64,000 nt of DNA, from NCBI GenBank assembly GCA_965218945.1, contig OZ244718.1, forward strand, positions 865,139 through 929,138. The letters run 5' to 3'. A model generated the notes under the pieces. That model ran no database searches and was not told the DNA's origin. It saw nothing but the letters and a program-made list of their open reading frames with translations. Numbering within the stretch: position 1 is the first letter of the stretch; each line of letters starts with the position of its first letter. Source of the DNA: Dehalococcoidia bacterium (GTDB lineage: Bacteria; Chloroflexota; Dehalococcoidia; Lucifugimonadales; UBA2985). Positions 31,773 through 41,651 of the stretch are shown here, piece after piece. A program made the translations under genes and the position numbers.

Positions 31773-32406
31773 GCCGGGTATTCCGAGAGCGAAGCGGTGG
31801 CTGGCCGGTTTACTGTGTGTACTAGTCGTTGCGACTCTGGCCTGCAGCTCAGACGACCTGCCCGTATACTATGAGATGCCCTCCTTCTCTTTGACCGACC
31901 AGATGGGTCGCACGGTCACCGGAGACGACCTACGAGGCAGGGTCGTCCTGGCCAACTTCGTCTTCACCAACTGCACTGAGTTCTGCCCCGCGCTGACTCC
32001 CCGTATGGCGCAGGTGCAGCAGCGGCTGATGGAAGACGGCCTCCTGGGGAGCGAAGTGATGCTGCTCTCATTCACCGTAGATCCGGAATACGACTCTCCG
32101 GATGTCCTCCACGCTTACGCGACTACCCACGACGCCGACCACGACGCCTGGCGCTTCCTGACAGGCTCGCCCGAGGTGATGCAGCGCATCGTTACGGACG
32201 GCTTCAAACTAACATATACGGAGGTGCCCAAGAGCATAGAGCACCTGCACCCGGACGGCTCCGTTCATATCCATGATTACAACGTAGTCCACACTAACAG
32301 GTTGGCGCTTGTGGACGATGAAGGGCAGGTGAGGGCCTACTACGACGGGGCGGTTGACTGGGACATGGACCTGGTGCTGCGGGACATTCGCAAGCTGGTG
32401 GGATAG
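31762..32406 (+). CDS. SCO1/SenC-family copper chaperone (lipoprotein-like N-terminus)
   Basis: FVFTNCTEFCP (CxxxC) and a downstream His. TTG start overlapping the ctaB stop; the start is tentative. Confidence 0.8.
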   Translation: MSLEPGIPRAKRWLAGLLCVLVVATLACSSDDLPVYYEMPSFSLTDQMGRTVTGDDLRGRVVLANFVFTNCTEFCPALTPRMAQVQQRLMEDGLLGSEVMLLSFTVDPEYDSPDVLHAYATTHDADHDAWRFLTGSPEVMQRIVTDGFKLTYTEVPKSIEHLHPDGSVHIHDYNVVHTNRLALVDDEGQVRAYYDGAVDWDMDLVLRDIRKLVG

Positions 32407-32439
32407 GGATCTGTAGGGGTCTGAGGGAACTCATATCGA

Positions 32440-32468
32440 TTGACGATGCTCCTCCACGGAATTATACT
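32440..32468 (+). promoter_or_regulatory. Candidate promoter of dnaN (TTGACG, 17-bp spacer, TATACT)
   Basis: Read directly from the sequence. Confidence 0.35.
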
Positions 32469-32503
32469 TACTGGCAGTCTAATTTCTGTTCTAAAGGTGG
32501 GCC

Positions 32504-33637
32504 ATGAGGGTATCTTGTTTGCAGGAAAACCTTAATAGAGGACTGGCGATGATTAGCCGTGCGGTGGCCACTCGCACCACTCTGCCTATAACTCAGAACG
32601 TCCTCATGGAGACCGACCAGTCCAGACTCAAGCTGTCGGCTACCAATCTGGAACTGGCTATCACTACCTGGGTGGGGGCTATGGTCGAGGAGGAGGGCGC
32701 CATCACCATACCTGCGCGGCTCCTGTCCGACTTCGTCGGCTCGCTGCCCAACGAGAAAATAGACATGGAGTTGACTCCTCGACCCAAGGGAGTCCAATTC
32801 CGCTGCGCCCGCTTCCAAGCCCATATCAACGGCGCAGACGCCGAGGAGTTTCCACCCATCCCTACGGTAGAGGACGGTATGACCGTCCGAATAGACCCGC
32901 AGGTCCTGCGTACGGCCATCGGCCGTGTGGTCTTCGCCGCGGCCACGGAGGACACGAGACCGGTGCTTACAGGAATCAAGCTGGAGGCCTCGGAGCAGGT
33001 TCTCACCCTGGCGGGCGCGGACGGCTTCCGGCTGGCCGTATACAAGGCCCCTCTTCTGGAGCCTGTGTCGGAGGAGACCCACGCCATTGTTCCTGCCAGG
33101 ACCCTCCTTGAGCTGCATCGCCTGCTTGCGGACCAGGACGAGCCCGTGGACCTGGTGGTCACCCCCTCCAAGAGCCAGTTGCTGGTGCACCTGAAGGGAG
33201 TCGAGATAGTATCGCAGCTCATACAGGGCGCCTTCCCCAACTACGGCCAGCTCGTACCCCAAGGCTTCGGCACCAGAGCGGTTGTCGATTTACAGGAATT
33301 CAATCGAGCCGCCCGAGCAGCGTCCATATTCGCTCGGGACGGTGGTGGAATCGTGCGGCTCCAGATGCTCCCCGGGTCCGACGGCGAGGCCGGCAGGATG
33401 GTTATCACCTCCAAGGCGGAGGAGACTGGGGACAATGAGGGCGAGATCGACGCCAAAATAGAGGGCGATGAGGCCAAGATAGCATTTAGCAGCCGCTACC
33501 TGACGGACGTGCTGGGGGCTATGGAGCGCGGAGAGGTGGCGCTGGAGACTTCAACCCCTTCCAGCCCGGGGGTTATCAAGCCCGTGGGCAACGAGGACTA
33601 CGTCCACGTTGTAATGCCCATGTTCGTGCAGTGGTAG
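32504..33637 (+). CDS. dnaN: DNA polymerase III beta sliding clamp
   Basis: N-terminus ..L..L..ISRAVATRTTLPITQNVLMETDQSRLKLSATNLE and a length of 377 aa. Confidence 0.95.
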   Translation: MRVSCLQENLNRGLAMISRAVATRTTLPITQNVLMETDQSRLKLSATNLELAITTWVGAMVEEEGAITIPARLLSDFVGSLPNEKIDMELTPRPKGVQFRCARFQAHINGADAEEFPPIPTVEDGMTVRIDPQVLRTAIGRVVFAAATEDTRPVLTGIKLEASEQVLTLAGADGFRLAVYKAPLLEPVSEETHAIVPARTLLELHRLLADQDEPVDLVVTPSKSQLLVHLKGVEIVSQLIQGAFPNYGQLVPQGFGTRAVVDLQEFNRAARAASIFARDGGGIVRLQMLPGSDGEAGRMVITSKAEETGDNEGEIDAKIEGDEAKIAFSSRYLTDVLGAMERGEVALETSTPSSPGVIKPVGNEDYVHVVMPMFVQW

Positions 33638-33751
33638 CCGTCGCTGTAGATAACATCGACGCTACGCTAGGCCGAGCCGCTTTTACGCCAACTAATTTGG
33701 ATAAGAGTGCAGGACACCCCGCTCACACCCGCTTAGCAGGAGGAGGACACC

Positions 33752-34021
33752 TTGACAACCTCGGAGGATAGAGACAGGGTAACGAGGCTTGAGGTGGCCT
33801 ACGAGTTTGTCAAGGAAAACATGTCAACCCAAGCGGATGTTGCGCGCCTGGAAGGTCGCGTAGATGCCGTAGAAGCGCACTTGGAGGGTCGTATGGATGC
33901 CTTGGAAGAGCGCTTGGACGGGAAGATAGATGCCTTGGAGAACCGCCTCCTTCTGCGGTTTGTTGCCGTCGCCGTCGTAATGTCAAGTGTGATTATCGGG
34001 GTCCTTAAACTCTGGCCGTAG
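33752..34021 (+). CDS. Small coiled-coil protein with C-terminal TM anchor (hypothetical)
   Basis: Heptad-like repeats RLEGRVDAVEAHLEGRMDALEERLDGKIDALENRL followed by a hydrophobic tail. TTG start. Confidence 0.4.
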   Translation: MTTSEDRDRVTRLEVAYEFVKENMSTQADVARLEGRVDAVEAHLEGRMDALEERLDGKIDALENRLLLRFVAVAVVMSSVIIGVLKLWP

Positions 34022-34269
34022 CGGTTATTCAAGGTCTCGCTGGCAGGCGCCTTCCCCGTCTCTCCTAGCGCCGAGATGCATCTTTCTTGTGTGCAAGATT
34101 GTTCTTCCGTAACCTGCTTGTTACCATGTTGTAACGTGGTTGCAATTTCGCGATGATATGCTACTATCTCCACTCTATTGAGTTGGACACGGGGCGGGTG
34201 GTTGAGTACGTTGCCATGCGCAGGCGCGCCCTTGACCGGTTAAGGCCTTTTACGGAGAGCTAGAGAACT

Positions 34270-35649
34270 ATGTTGACGGACACATTTTCCGCAGATCACT
34301 CCATGAACGAGTGTATAGACTCGCATGGCGATGTACGACCCGTGTACCAGAGCCTGATGAATAACCTGGACAGGCTGGGCGTGGAGGAGATGCTGCGTCG
34401 CTGCCAGCAGGCCAGGGACCTCGCGACAAGGGACGCATTCACCTTTCGCCTGGACCCCAGAGAGTTCCGCACTGTGCCAATCGACTGGATTCCCAGGATC
34501 ATTCCCAAGGAGCACTGGGATAACATCGCTCAGGGCGTTGCGCAGCGCTTGAAAGCCATCAATCGCTTCATGCTTGAACTGTACTGTGGCGAGCAGAGCA
34601 TAGTCCCTGAAGACGTGCTCTTCTCCTGTCACCACTACAACCCGGAGCTGCAGGATTTTCGGCCTCCCAAGGACGTTTTCGTGCACATCTACGGCGTAGA
34701 CCTTGTTCACATGGGGGACGGCAACTACGTAATCCTGGAGGACAACCTGCGCATACCATCGGGCATTACCTACCAGATGAAGTCCACGGAGATAGGTCTT
34801 CAGGTCATGCCGGAGCTTTCGGAGGGCTACAACATAGTTCCCTACGACATAAAGGCCGCCTACCAGGAGATGTTCCTCTCTCTGTGTGACATGGACTCTC
34901 CCACGTGCGTACTGCTGACGGACAGCAAGTACGGAGCCGCCTTCTTCGAGCACCGCTACCTGTCCGAGCTGCTGGGGGTTGCCCTGGTTGAGGGCTCAGA
35001 CCTTTACGTCGGACATAACGGCCGGGTATGGTGCAGGTCGATGGACGGGGACTTTGAGGTGGACCTGATCTACCGGCGCGTAGAAGACCTGGACATGTTC
35101 GTGCCCGGGTTGACGGAAGCCTATCTTAACAATAAAGTAGTCTTGGTGAACGCGATGGGGACCGGCGCCTGCGACGACAAGCTGGTCTTTCTGTGGGTGC
35201 CGGACATGATAAAGACCTACCTGGGAGAGGACGCAATACTGGACCAGGCGGTCTCCTACGACCTGCGGTCGCCGACAGACCGGCAGTACGTCCTGCAGAA
35301 CCTGGACAACCTTGTGCTGAAGATCCGCCAGGGGTACGGAGGACTGGGAGTCTACATCATGCCGGATCTCGGGGTCACTTACAAAAGCCGTCTGGCCCGG
35401 CAGGTGATTGAGCAGCCCCAGACCTTCATAGCCCAGGAGACCCTTGACTTCTCGAAGCACGTGGTGTTCGATGAAGATAGCGGTCGGTTGCAGGAGAGGT
35501 ACGTAGACCTGAGGGTGTTTGCCACTCAGAACGGCAATGGCGAAGTTAGCGTGTTTCCGGGAGGTCTTACTCGTGTATCCCAGCCTTCCAGTCGGGTCAC
35601 CAATAACTCTTCAGGTGGGTCATGCAAGCCGAGCTGGGTAGTCACGTAG
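34270..35649 (+). CDS. Circularly permuted type-2 ATP-grasp protein (DUF404/DUF407)
   Basis: Length and motifs (FTFRLDPR..R.VPIDWIPRII, ..VLEDNLRIPSGI.Y.., PGGLTRV) typical of CP_ATPgrasp_2. Confidence 0.85.
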   Translation: MLTDTFSADHSMNECIDSHGDVRPVYQSLMNNLDRLGVEEMLRRCQQARDLATRDAFTFRLDPREFRTVPIDWIPRIIPKEHWDNIAQGVAQRLKAINRFMLELYCGEQSIVPEDVLFSCHHYNPELQDFRPPKDVFVHIYGVDLVHMGDGNYVILEDNLRIPSGITYQMKSTEIGLQVMPELSEGYNIVPYDIKAAYQEMFLSLCDMDSPTCVLLTDSKYGAAFFEHRYLSELLGVALVEGSDLYVGHNGRVWCRSMDGDFEVDLIYRRVEDLDMFVPGLTEAYLNNKVVLVNAMGTGACDDKLVFLWVPDMIKTYLGEDAILDQAVSYDLRSPTDRQYVLQNLDNLVLKIRQGYGGLGVYIMPDLGVTYKSRLARQVIEQPQTFIAQETLDFSKHVVFDEDSGRLQERYVDLRVFATQNGNGEVSVFPGGLTRVSQPSSRVTNNSSGGSCKPSWVVT

Positions 35650-36551
35650 GCAACAGCGTCGTACCGGTCCACTACGCCTACGTTGCCAGATACACCTACT
35701 CGGACGTGGTAGTCCAGAACGATAACTTTCTCAGGCTGTCCGCCTACTCTGATCACCGGCAGTGGGTGGAGAGCCGCGACATCCTGACCAACCCGGACGG
35801 CAGGAAGGTAGCCTACTCCGACCGGTTCGGCAACGTGGTGCATCGCGTGCGCATTATGGCTCCACACCAGCAATTGACAATCGCCTCAATAGGGGAGGTG
35901 TACCTGGAGCCTGCGACCCCACCGGTGGCAGATATGTTTCTATCCTCCATTGAACACAGACCGGATGCGTCCGAGTTCCTGGCGCCCTCTCCCCTGGTGG
36001 ACCCCGATACCGTGGCCGACGCGGCCAAGTCCTTGGCGGGCGATGCCGCCACACTGCTGGAGCTCATCCACAGGGTTGTCGCCTGGGTGAGGGTAAGGGT
36101 CAAGTACCAGAGAGGCAACACCTCGGTCAACACCACGGCATTTGACGTGCTGTCTTCCATGGAGGGCGTCTGCCAGGACAAGACCCACCTGGCGCTGGGC
36201 ATGATAAGGTCCCTGGGCGTGCCTGCGCGGTACGTGAGCGGACTGCTGACGCGCCAGGCCGGTGAGACCCACGCCTGGCTGGAGTTCCTTCATCCCGAGG
36301 CAGGCTGGTTGCCTGCCGACCCCACAAGGGGTATAGTCATTGAGATCGGGACTGACTACCTCAAGCTTGGGGTGGGACGTGACTATTCGGAGGCGCCACC
36401 CGTAACCGGGTCCTTCATCTCAAGAGGGTCGGGACATCTGGATGTTGCCACGGCGCAGGTCTACTTTGACAGGGAAACCATTTCCTTTGAGGACGCCCTG
36501 AGCCTCATAGAGACCAGTAACCCGTGGAAAGAGGTGCAGAACAGATGGTAG
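35622..36551 (+). CDS. Transglutaminase-family protein (Bact_transglu_N plus transglutaminase core)
   Basis: N-terminal HYAYVARYTYSD..DRFGN pattern, catalytic-core GVCQDKTHLALGMIRSLGVPARYVSG and ..HAWLE. Overlaps the upstream gene by 28 nt. Confidence 0.85.
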   Translation: MQAELGSHVGNSVVPVHYAYVARYTYSDVVVQNDNFLRLSAYSDHRQWVESRDILTNPDGRKVAYSDRFGNVVHRVRIMAPHQQLTIASIGEVYLEPATPPVADMFLSSIEHRPDASEFLAPSPLVDPDTVADAAKSLAGDAATLLELIHRVVAWVRVRVKYQRGNTSVNTTAFDVLSSMEGVCQDKTHLALGMIRSLGVPARYVSGLLTRQAGETHAWLEFLHPEAGWLPADPTRGIVIEIGTDYLKLGVGRDYSEAPPVTGSFISRGSGHLDVATAQVYFDRETISFEDALSLIETSNPWKEVQNRW

Positions 36552-37069
36552 AACCAAGAGCTCGGGCCTTCAACACAGACCGGTGGCTTACCGACTCCAG
36601 AGTGTACAACCTGATCTGGCTGGGACGCTGGCTGGAGCGGGCTGAGAACGTTACACGGGTTATCAACACCTTTGCCAGATCTGCAATGGACAACGGGGAT
36701 GACATCCACGCGCTCTCCGCGTCTCTGGTGAACGCTGTGAGGGTTCGCGGGATTAACATCGACGAACCAGACCACTCCCTGTCCCTGCTCCTGAAGTACC
36801 ACGAGCCGTCTTCCATATATCACAGTATGGCCACCGCCCGCAATAACGCCACCCAGGTAGGCACCGTGGAGCTCATCAGGGCTATATCCAACATCCTGGC
36901 GGAGATGGACGGAGTGCAGCTTCCCCTTGAGTCCACGGAAGACGCTTACAAACTCACCGAACACATCCTGGAAGGCCTGACCGAAGTCTACGGCGTAATA
37001 GAGGCCAACTGGTTCCACAGGGAGTCCCTGTCGGAAGAAGAGATGTACCGGAGGTTCGTGCAGCAGTAG
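36545..37069 (+). CDS. Alpha-E domain protein (DUF403), unusually short (174 aa)
   Basis: LGRWLERAENVTR matches the alpha-E signature LGRYLERAE. Start taken at the ATG in ATGGTAG that overlaps the transglutaminase stop, with AGAGGTG upstream. Confidence 0.7.
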   Translation: MVEPRARAFNTDRWLTDSRVYNLIWLGRWLERAENVTRVINTFARSAMDNGDDIHALSASLVNAVRVRGINIDEPDHSLSLLLKYHEPSSIYHSMATARNNATQVGTVELIRAISNILAEMDGVQLPLESTEDAYKLTEHILEGLTEVYGVIEANWFHRESLSEEEMYRRFVQQ

Positions 37070-37113
37070 TAACCACGTGGGTAATTGCGCGTCCTGGTGA
37101 GGGGGTTAAGGCA

Positions 37114-37902
37114 ATGTTACGAGATGGCCGTTGGGAGCTGGAATGTATGGAGGTGCTGGAGGACGTTTCCCCGGCTGACTGGATAGTGGAGCGGCTTTGG
37201 GCGCGTTCGGCTTCCGGTGTGCGAGTTGGTGAACTTATACCAGAGGGGTTTGAAGCCTACGCTCGCATCTTCCACCCTGCATATCGCGCCACCGAAGCTC
37301 CGGGGGTGGAGGAGAGAATTGCGTGGTATACCATAGCGAACTGGACGGGACAAACCGTACACCCTGAAATGCAGTTCAATCGCATTGCCAAGCTGCCGGA
37401 TGCCCCGGTGTACAATCACCCGGAATGGGGCACGCGGCCTAGTGTCGGATACTTGCCTGATGAGGAGTGTCTGTTGTTGACCCGCGTCCTCTCGTCATTT
37501 ACCTCAACTCCTGAAAGCTGTTACTTCTGCCTTTGGGAGGGATACGGTGGGATGAACGCCCATTACCGGAGAAATCCAAAGGTAAAGGCGGCCCGGGGAT
37601 GGGAATACTGGCTCTTTCGCGGTCCGATTCACGGCGCGCTTGGCGGGTTGCACCCAACCAGTGAGACCCCGAACATCTGGTGGCCCGAGGACCGGGCCTG
37701 GTGCGTTGTAACCCACGTGGACTTTTCGGAGACATTCGTAGGGGGCACGCAAGCCTGTATAGACCGTATTCTCGGATACTCTAACTGGAACTGGGGCAAC
37801 AACTCACGAATGAGATTCTCAGGCTTGGAGGCGCTTCAAATATCCCTGGATGCTCGTGTTGATATCAACGGAGATAACATCAATCCTGGGGTGGGGGTTT
37901 AG
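37114..37902 (+). CDS. Conserved hypothetical protein (actinobacterial-type, W/C-rich)
   Basis: Pattern IPEGFEAYARIFHP.., CYFCLWEGYGG, NIWWPEDRAWCVVTHVDFSETFVGG. No function known to me. Confidence 0.5.
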   Translation: MLRDGRWELECMEVLEDVSPADWIVERLWARSASGVRVGELIPEGFEAYARIFHPAYRATEAPGVEERIAWYTIANWTGQTVHPEMQFNRIAKLPDAPVYNHPEWGTRPSVGYLPDEECLLLTRVLSSFTSTPESCYFCLWEGYGGMNAHYRRNPKVKAARGWEYWLFRGPIHGALGGLHPTSETPNIWWPEDRAWCVVTHVDFSETFVGGTQACIDRILGYSNWNWGNNSRMRFSGLEALQISLDARVDINGDNINPGVGV

Positions 37903-38007
37903 CCGGGCGTCAAGCATATACTCCCCTACTCAAGGTCTCTAACTGGAGTGGGTTGAGACTTTGAAGATGTCAATGCTCACCGAACTAAGCCCGGCGGAGC
38001 GTTGACC

Positions 38008-38808
38008 CTACTGCGGGATAACCGTCAGCAGCACCTCGACCCTCACGTCGTCCTCAATACTTACAACGACCGAAGCAGTTGGGGGAGGGATGTCCAGTTG
38101 CTGCCATGTGAATGTCGTGCGTCCGAGTATGAACATCTCGCTGCCGTCGTCCCGAGCCTCAATTTCGAACTCCATCGGCACAGTAATACCGCGGATTTCC
38201 AGCGTGCCGCTAACGCTCGTCGTCACTGGCTCCCCTGAGGCTAGACCCTCGGGCAGCGGGCCGACGTCGGGTACAGTGAAGGTGGCGAACTGGTGGTCGC
38301 CGAACATCCTTGTCCTGACGTACCTGTCCCTGAACTCCTGGTCGCTGGACATCGAGTGCAGGTCTATCTGGATGACGGACTCCCTGCCGTCCAGGTGCAC
38401 CTCACCGGACAGGGTAGTGGTGCGCATTACTGCGTCGTTGGGTAGGGGCAGCCTCGCCAGCTGCTCCTCCACCGTGAACGTAGCCTCTGAGCCGCCGGAT
38501 ACAACGAAGGTGATTCCTTCGTACTCACCCATCTTTCTCATCGACGCCTCAGCCTCCGGTGTGGGCGAGGGCGCAGGCGTATCCTCCATCTTCGCCGTTG
38601 CCTCCGCGGGCTGGTCTGTGGGCGCGGCTGTCGGAGTGTTGTCCTGGGACGGCGTACTGGTGGGGGCTGACGTGGAGGTCGGCGCGGTGGTTGCAGTCGG
38701 GTCTTCGGAGCCGCCGCAGGCCGCCAGCAGCGCCAGGACTATGGATAGCGCAATCGCTCCAATGAGGAGCCTGTATCTAGTGGGCATAATCTGGACCGTC
38801 GCTTTCAA
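38008..38808 (-). CDS. YceI-family lipoprotein
   Basis: Lipobox LLAACGG, a low-complexity linker, then a YceI-like domain (..TFTVEEQL.., SGTLEIRGITVPMEFEIE). Confidence 0.8.
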   Translation of the reverse strand: MKATVQIMPTRYRLLIGAIALSIVLALLAACGGSEDPTATTAPTSTSAPTSTPSQDNTPTAAPTDQPAEATAKMEDTPAPSPTPEAEASMRKMGEYEGITFVVSGGSEATFTVEEQLARLPLPNDAVMRTTTLSGEVHLDGRESVIQIDLHSMSSDQEFRDRYVRTRMFGDHQFATFTVPDVGPLPEGLASGEPVTTSVSGTLEIRGITVPMEFEIEARDDGSEMFILGRTTFTWQQLDIPPPTASVVVSIEDDVRVEVLLTVIPQ

Positions 38809-38825
38809 TCAATTCAAATGTCTCC

Positions 38826-39380
38826 CTAGTCGGGAAGGGTGGAGTCAAGGATAACATAGGATGCGGTTCTTGGGGGCAGCTCCAGCCGGCCGCTCTCCTG
38901 GTCTCCCTGGCCGGCCAATGCGATTCCGAGGCCGATTGCCAGGAGCACGATGATAGCTGTCACCCTCCGGGGCAGTGATACCCTGGCGCGCAGGAGCAGC
39001 AGGGTCAAGGCCCCCGTCAGCCCGAAAACGATAGCCGCCAGCGGCACTATGTAGGAAGTCGAGCGCTCCATCTGCGTTTCGCCCGCCACGGCGGTGACGG
39101 CAACGAGGCCGAAAGCTAGTGTCATCGAAACGAGGAGGATAGCCGGACGGCGTCCGCGACCATCCAGCGCTCTCCAGAGCACTCCTGCGCCCAGGCCTAC
39201 GGCCAGCGCTCCCGCCATCACCGGCGCGCTGTTGAAGTAGGTGTCGGTGGGCGCTTCCAGTGGGAGGTTGGCGAGCACGGCCGCAACGGCTGCCACCGAC
39301 CCGGCAGTGAGGCCGGCCCGTAGTGGTGACATGCCTTCCTGTGGCTCAATGCTTCCTGGTCTATGCCTTACTTTGGGCAA
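38826..39380 (-). CDS. Hypothetical polytopic membrane protein
   Basis: Five or six hydrophobic helices. No family recognised. Confidence 0.45.
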   Translation of the reverse strand: MPKVRHRPGSIEPQEGMSPLRAGLTAGSVAAVAAVLANLPLEAPTDTYFNSAPVMAGALAVGLGAGVLWRALDGRGRRPAILLVSMTLAFGLVAVTAVAGETQMERSTSYIVPLAAIVFGLTGALTLLLLRARVSLPRRVTAIIVLLAIGLGIALAGQGDQESGRLELPPRTASYVILDSTLPD

Positions 39381-39579
39381 TATTCAGAAGACCTTTCTGG
39401 TGTCTCCAAGCTCATCCGGGCGCTTTCCTGCTATACTGGAATCGATTATAGCCTCGATGTACCGGACAGCGCCATTCTAGCACAGACACTACCTCGCTAG
39501 AGAAGGGCTAGTTGATAGACCATCCTACCGGTAGTAGACTATACCTATACTACACCAGGTGAAATTGAGAGCCGTTAAT

Positions 39580-40017
39580 ATGAACGAGGTACAGACCTCT
39601 CGCCCCAATCTTATGGCGGTCCTGGAAGACCGAGGCTACAGGTCTACGGCTCCCAGGCAGGCCATCGTCAATCTTCTTGAGCGGAAGCAGTCGGGCTTTA
39701 CTGTGGAGGAGATCAGCGAAGATCTTCCCTCGGTGGGGCGCGCAACGGTCTACAGGACCATTAAGCTGCTTTTGGGAGAGGGGGTTATCTGCAAGCTCGC
39801 TCTAATGGACGGCGCTCCAAAGTACAGCCTGTCCCGCAATGAGCACCATCACCATACCGTGTGCGTCAAGTGCGGCGAGGTTGGAGAGTTCCGAGCCGCG
39901 ACTGTCGAACGTCTGCTGCGCGCCATCGGCGGCGACATACAGGGCCAGGTCGTTGGTCACCGCATGGAGTTTTACATCAACTGCTACCAGTGCATCGCTG
40001 CCGACAAAGGCAGCTAG
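39580..40017 (+). CDS. Fur-family metalloregulator (Fur/Zur/PerR type)
   Basis: GRATVYRTIKLL winged helix, HHHHTVCVKCG and C-terminal CYQC. Start could instead be the GTG at 39559. Confidence 0.85.
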   Translation: MNEVQTSRPNLMAVLEDRGYRSTAPRQAIVNLLERKQSGFTVEEISEDLPSVGRATVYRTIKLLLGEGVICKLALMDGAPKYSLSRNEHHHHTVCVKCGEVGEFRAATVERLLRAIGGDIQGQVVGHRMEFYINCYQCIAADKGS

Positions 40018-40125
40018 CCGTCACCAAAGCTCTCCGTCTCTTCAGGCGTTTTCCGCAGCATCGCCGGACACGGCTTGCCGCAGAATCCCGCCAGGGTCGG
40101 TCTCAGCCGTCAACTTCACTTAGGT

Positions 40126-40455
40126 ATGCCAAAAAGATTGATAACGATTGCAGCTGCGTTGGCCCTGTTCGCGGCTGCTTGCGGTATAAGTGTGTCGGTG
40201 TCTGAGAGCGAGACCCTTGAGGTCGAAGTCGGCCCTGAGTTGGTGGACTGCGTAGGCGTGGGGCCAATGAAGTGCATGATTGTGGACGGAAACTTCTTCT
40301 ACGACCACATAGAGGGATTCGACTATGAAGAGGGGTATGTCTACAGACTGAGGATAGAGCAGTATGACGCCTGGCCGGGGCAGAAGGAGCCGCCGCAGGA
40401 CGCCTCCAGGTACGGCTACCGGCTGATTGAGGTTATAAGCAAGACACCCGCCTGA
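40126..40455 (+). CDS. DUF4377-like lipoprotein
   Basis: Lipobox FAAACG. Pattern CVGVGPMKCMIVDG..IEGFDYEEGYVYRLRIE. Confidence 0.65.
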   Translation: MPKRLITIAAALALFAAACGISVSVSESETLEVEVGPELVDCVGVGPMKCMIVDGNFFYDHIEGFDYEEGYVYRLRIEQYDAWPGQKEPPQDASRYGYRLIEVISKTPA

Positions 40456-40629
40456 AGCGGCGGATGAGGTCTCTTCATTGTGGGCGCGGTGTAGTCGTCC
40501 GGCAGTTTTGGTGGTAATATGGGGTAGCATTCCCTTAACCCACTATTCTGATTGTCGAATAGCGTCTGTGCGCACGGAGCGGCTAGGCCGGCTCATCTCG
40601 TGCAGTGGTAAATCGCAAAGGAGGGCGCC

Positions 40630-41451
40630 GTGGACTTCGAGATCCACTACACCGATCAGCAGCAGCAGTTTCGAGAGGCCCTGCGCGCCTGGCTGGAAGG
40701 CAACGCTCCCAAGGACATAGAAATCCCCACGGACGGCAGGCCTCTGGACAGGGAGACCCAGCAGACGCTGAGGGATTTCCGGTGCAAGCTGGGATCCAAG
40801 GGCTGGCTGGCGCCGTCCTGGCCCCTGGAGTGGGGCGGGGGCGGGATGCACCCGGCGTTGGAGGCGGTCTTCCTGGAGGAGATCAGACGCCTGAACCTTC
40901 CCTCAATTGGCAACACGCAGCGCTGGATACCCCCGTTGCTTGTCTGGGGCACCCCGGAGCAGAAAGAGCGGTACGTTCCACCCGCGTTGCGCGGCGAGAC
41001 TGTGGTATGGCAGCTCTTTGCCGAGTTGGAAACCGGCAGCGACCTGGCCTCAATAAAGACCCACGCCTTTCGTGAAGGAGGGGATTGGGTCATAAATGGA
41101 AGCAAGGCCTTTGTAATGGGCCGGTTTGACCCCGACTACCTTTGGACGCTGGCCGTCACCGATGTCACACGCCCTACCAAGCTGAATCTCGGCGTATTCA
41201 TGATAGACGCAAACCTGCCTGGCATTTCCGTCAGCACCCAGGACCTCCTCATGGGCAGCGACAGTCACATCGAATTGGACGATGTGCGTGTGCCTGCGGA
41301 CTGCCTAATTGGGCATCAGTACCAGGGATGGGAGATCGCCCAGACCACCATTGAAGGAGAGCGTGGAGGCTACGTCATCCTGAGCTCGGAGGAGGCGACC
41401 ATCAAGAGCGTCCAGGATTTCCTCAGGGATCAGGGCAGGAACCAGACGTAA
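40630..41451 (+). pseudogene. Acyl-CoA dehydrogenase-family gene lacking the C-terminal helical domain (probable truncated remnant)
   Basis: The N-terminal and middle beta domains are recognisable (..GWLAPSWPLEWGGGG.., ELETGSDLASIKT, WVINGSKAF). The protein is 273 aa against roughly 380-400 aa for the family, and the ORF runs into a REP cluster. Confidence 0.55.
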
Positions 41452-41469
41452 CCCTCTAGTCTAAGTCAC

Positions 41470-41600
41470 GCCCGTGACGACGGACATCCAATGCGTAAGT
41501 CGCAGTAGTGGAGCGTCTCTGGATTCCTGCTTCCGCAGGAATGGCGATGTGCTGGCGTTCCCGCTCATCCTGAGCTAGTCGAAGGAATTGAGCGGGCGGA
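41470..41600. repeat. REP-like hairpin cluster
   Basis: gtcacgcccgtgac, ggattcctgcttccgcaggaat and cccgctca..tgagcggg hairpins. Confidence 0.55.
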
Positions 41601-41651
41601 TGTCAACGTACGATCACTGTGAACTATAAGTAAGGCTGCGCCCCGGCACGC

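Noticed and set aside
33700-33708. Single DnaA-box-like 9-mer near dnaN as evidence for oriC
   Set aside because: There is one imperfect box only, with no cluster, no AT-rich unwinding element and no dnaA gene.
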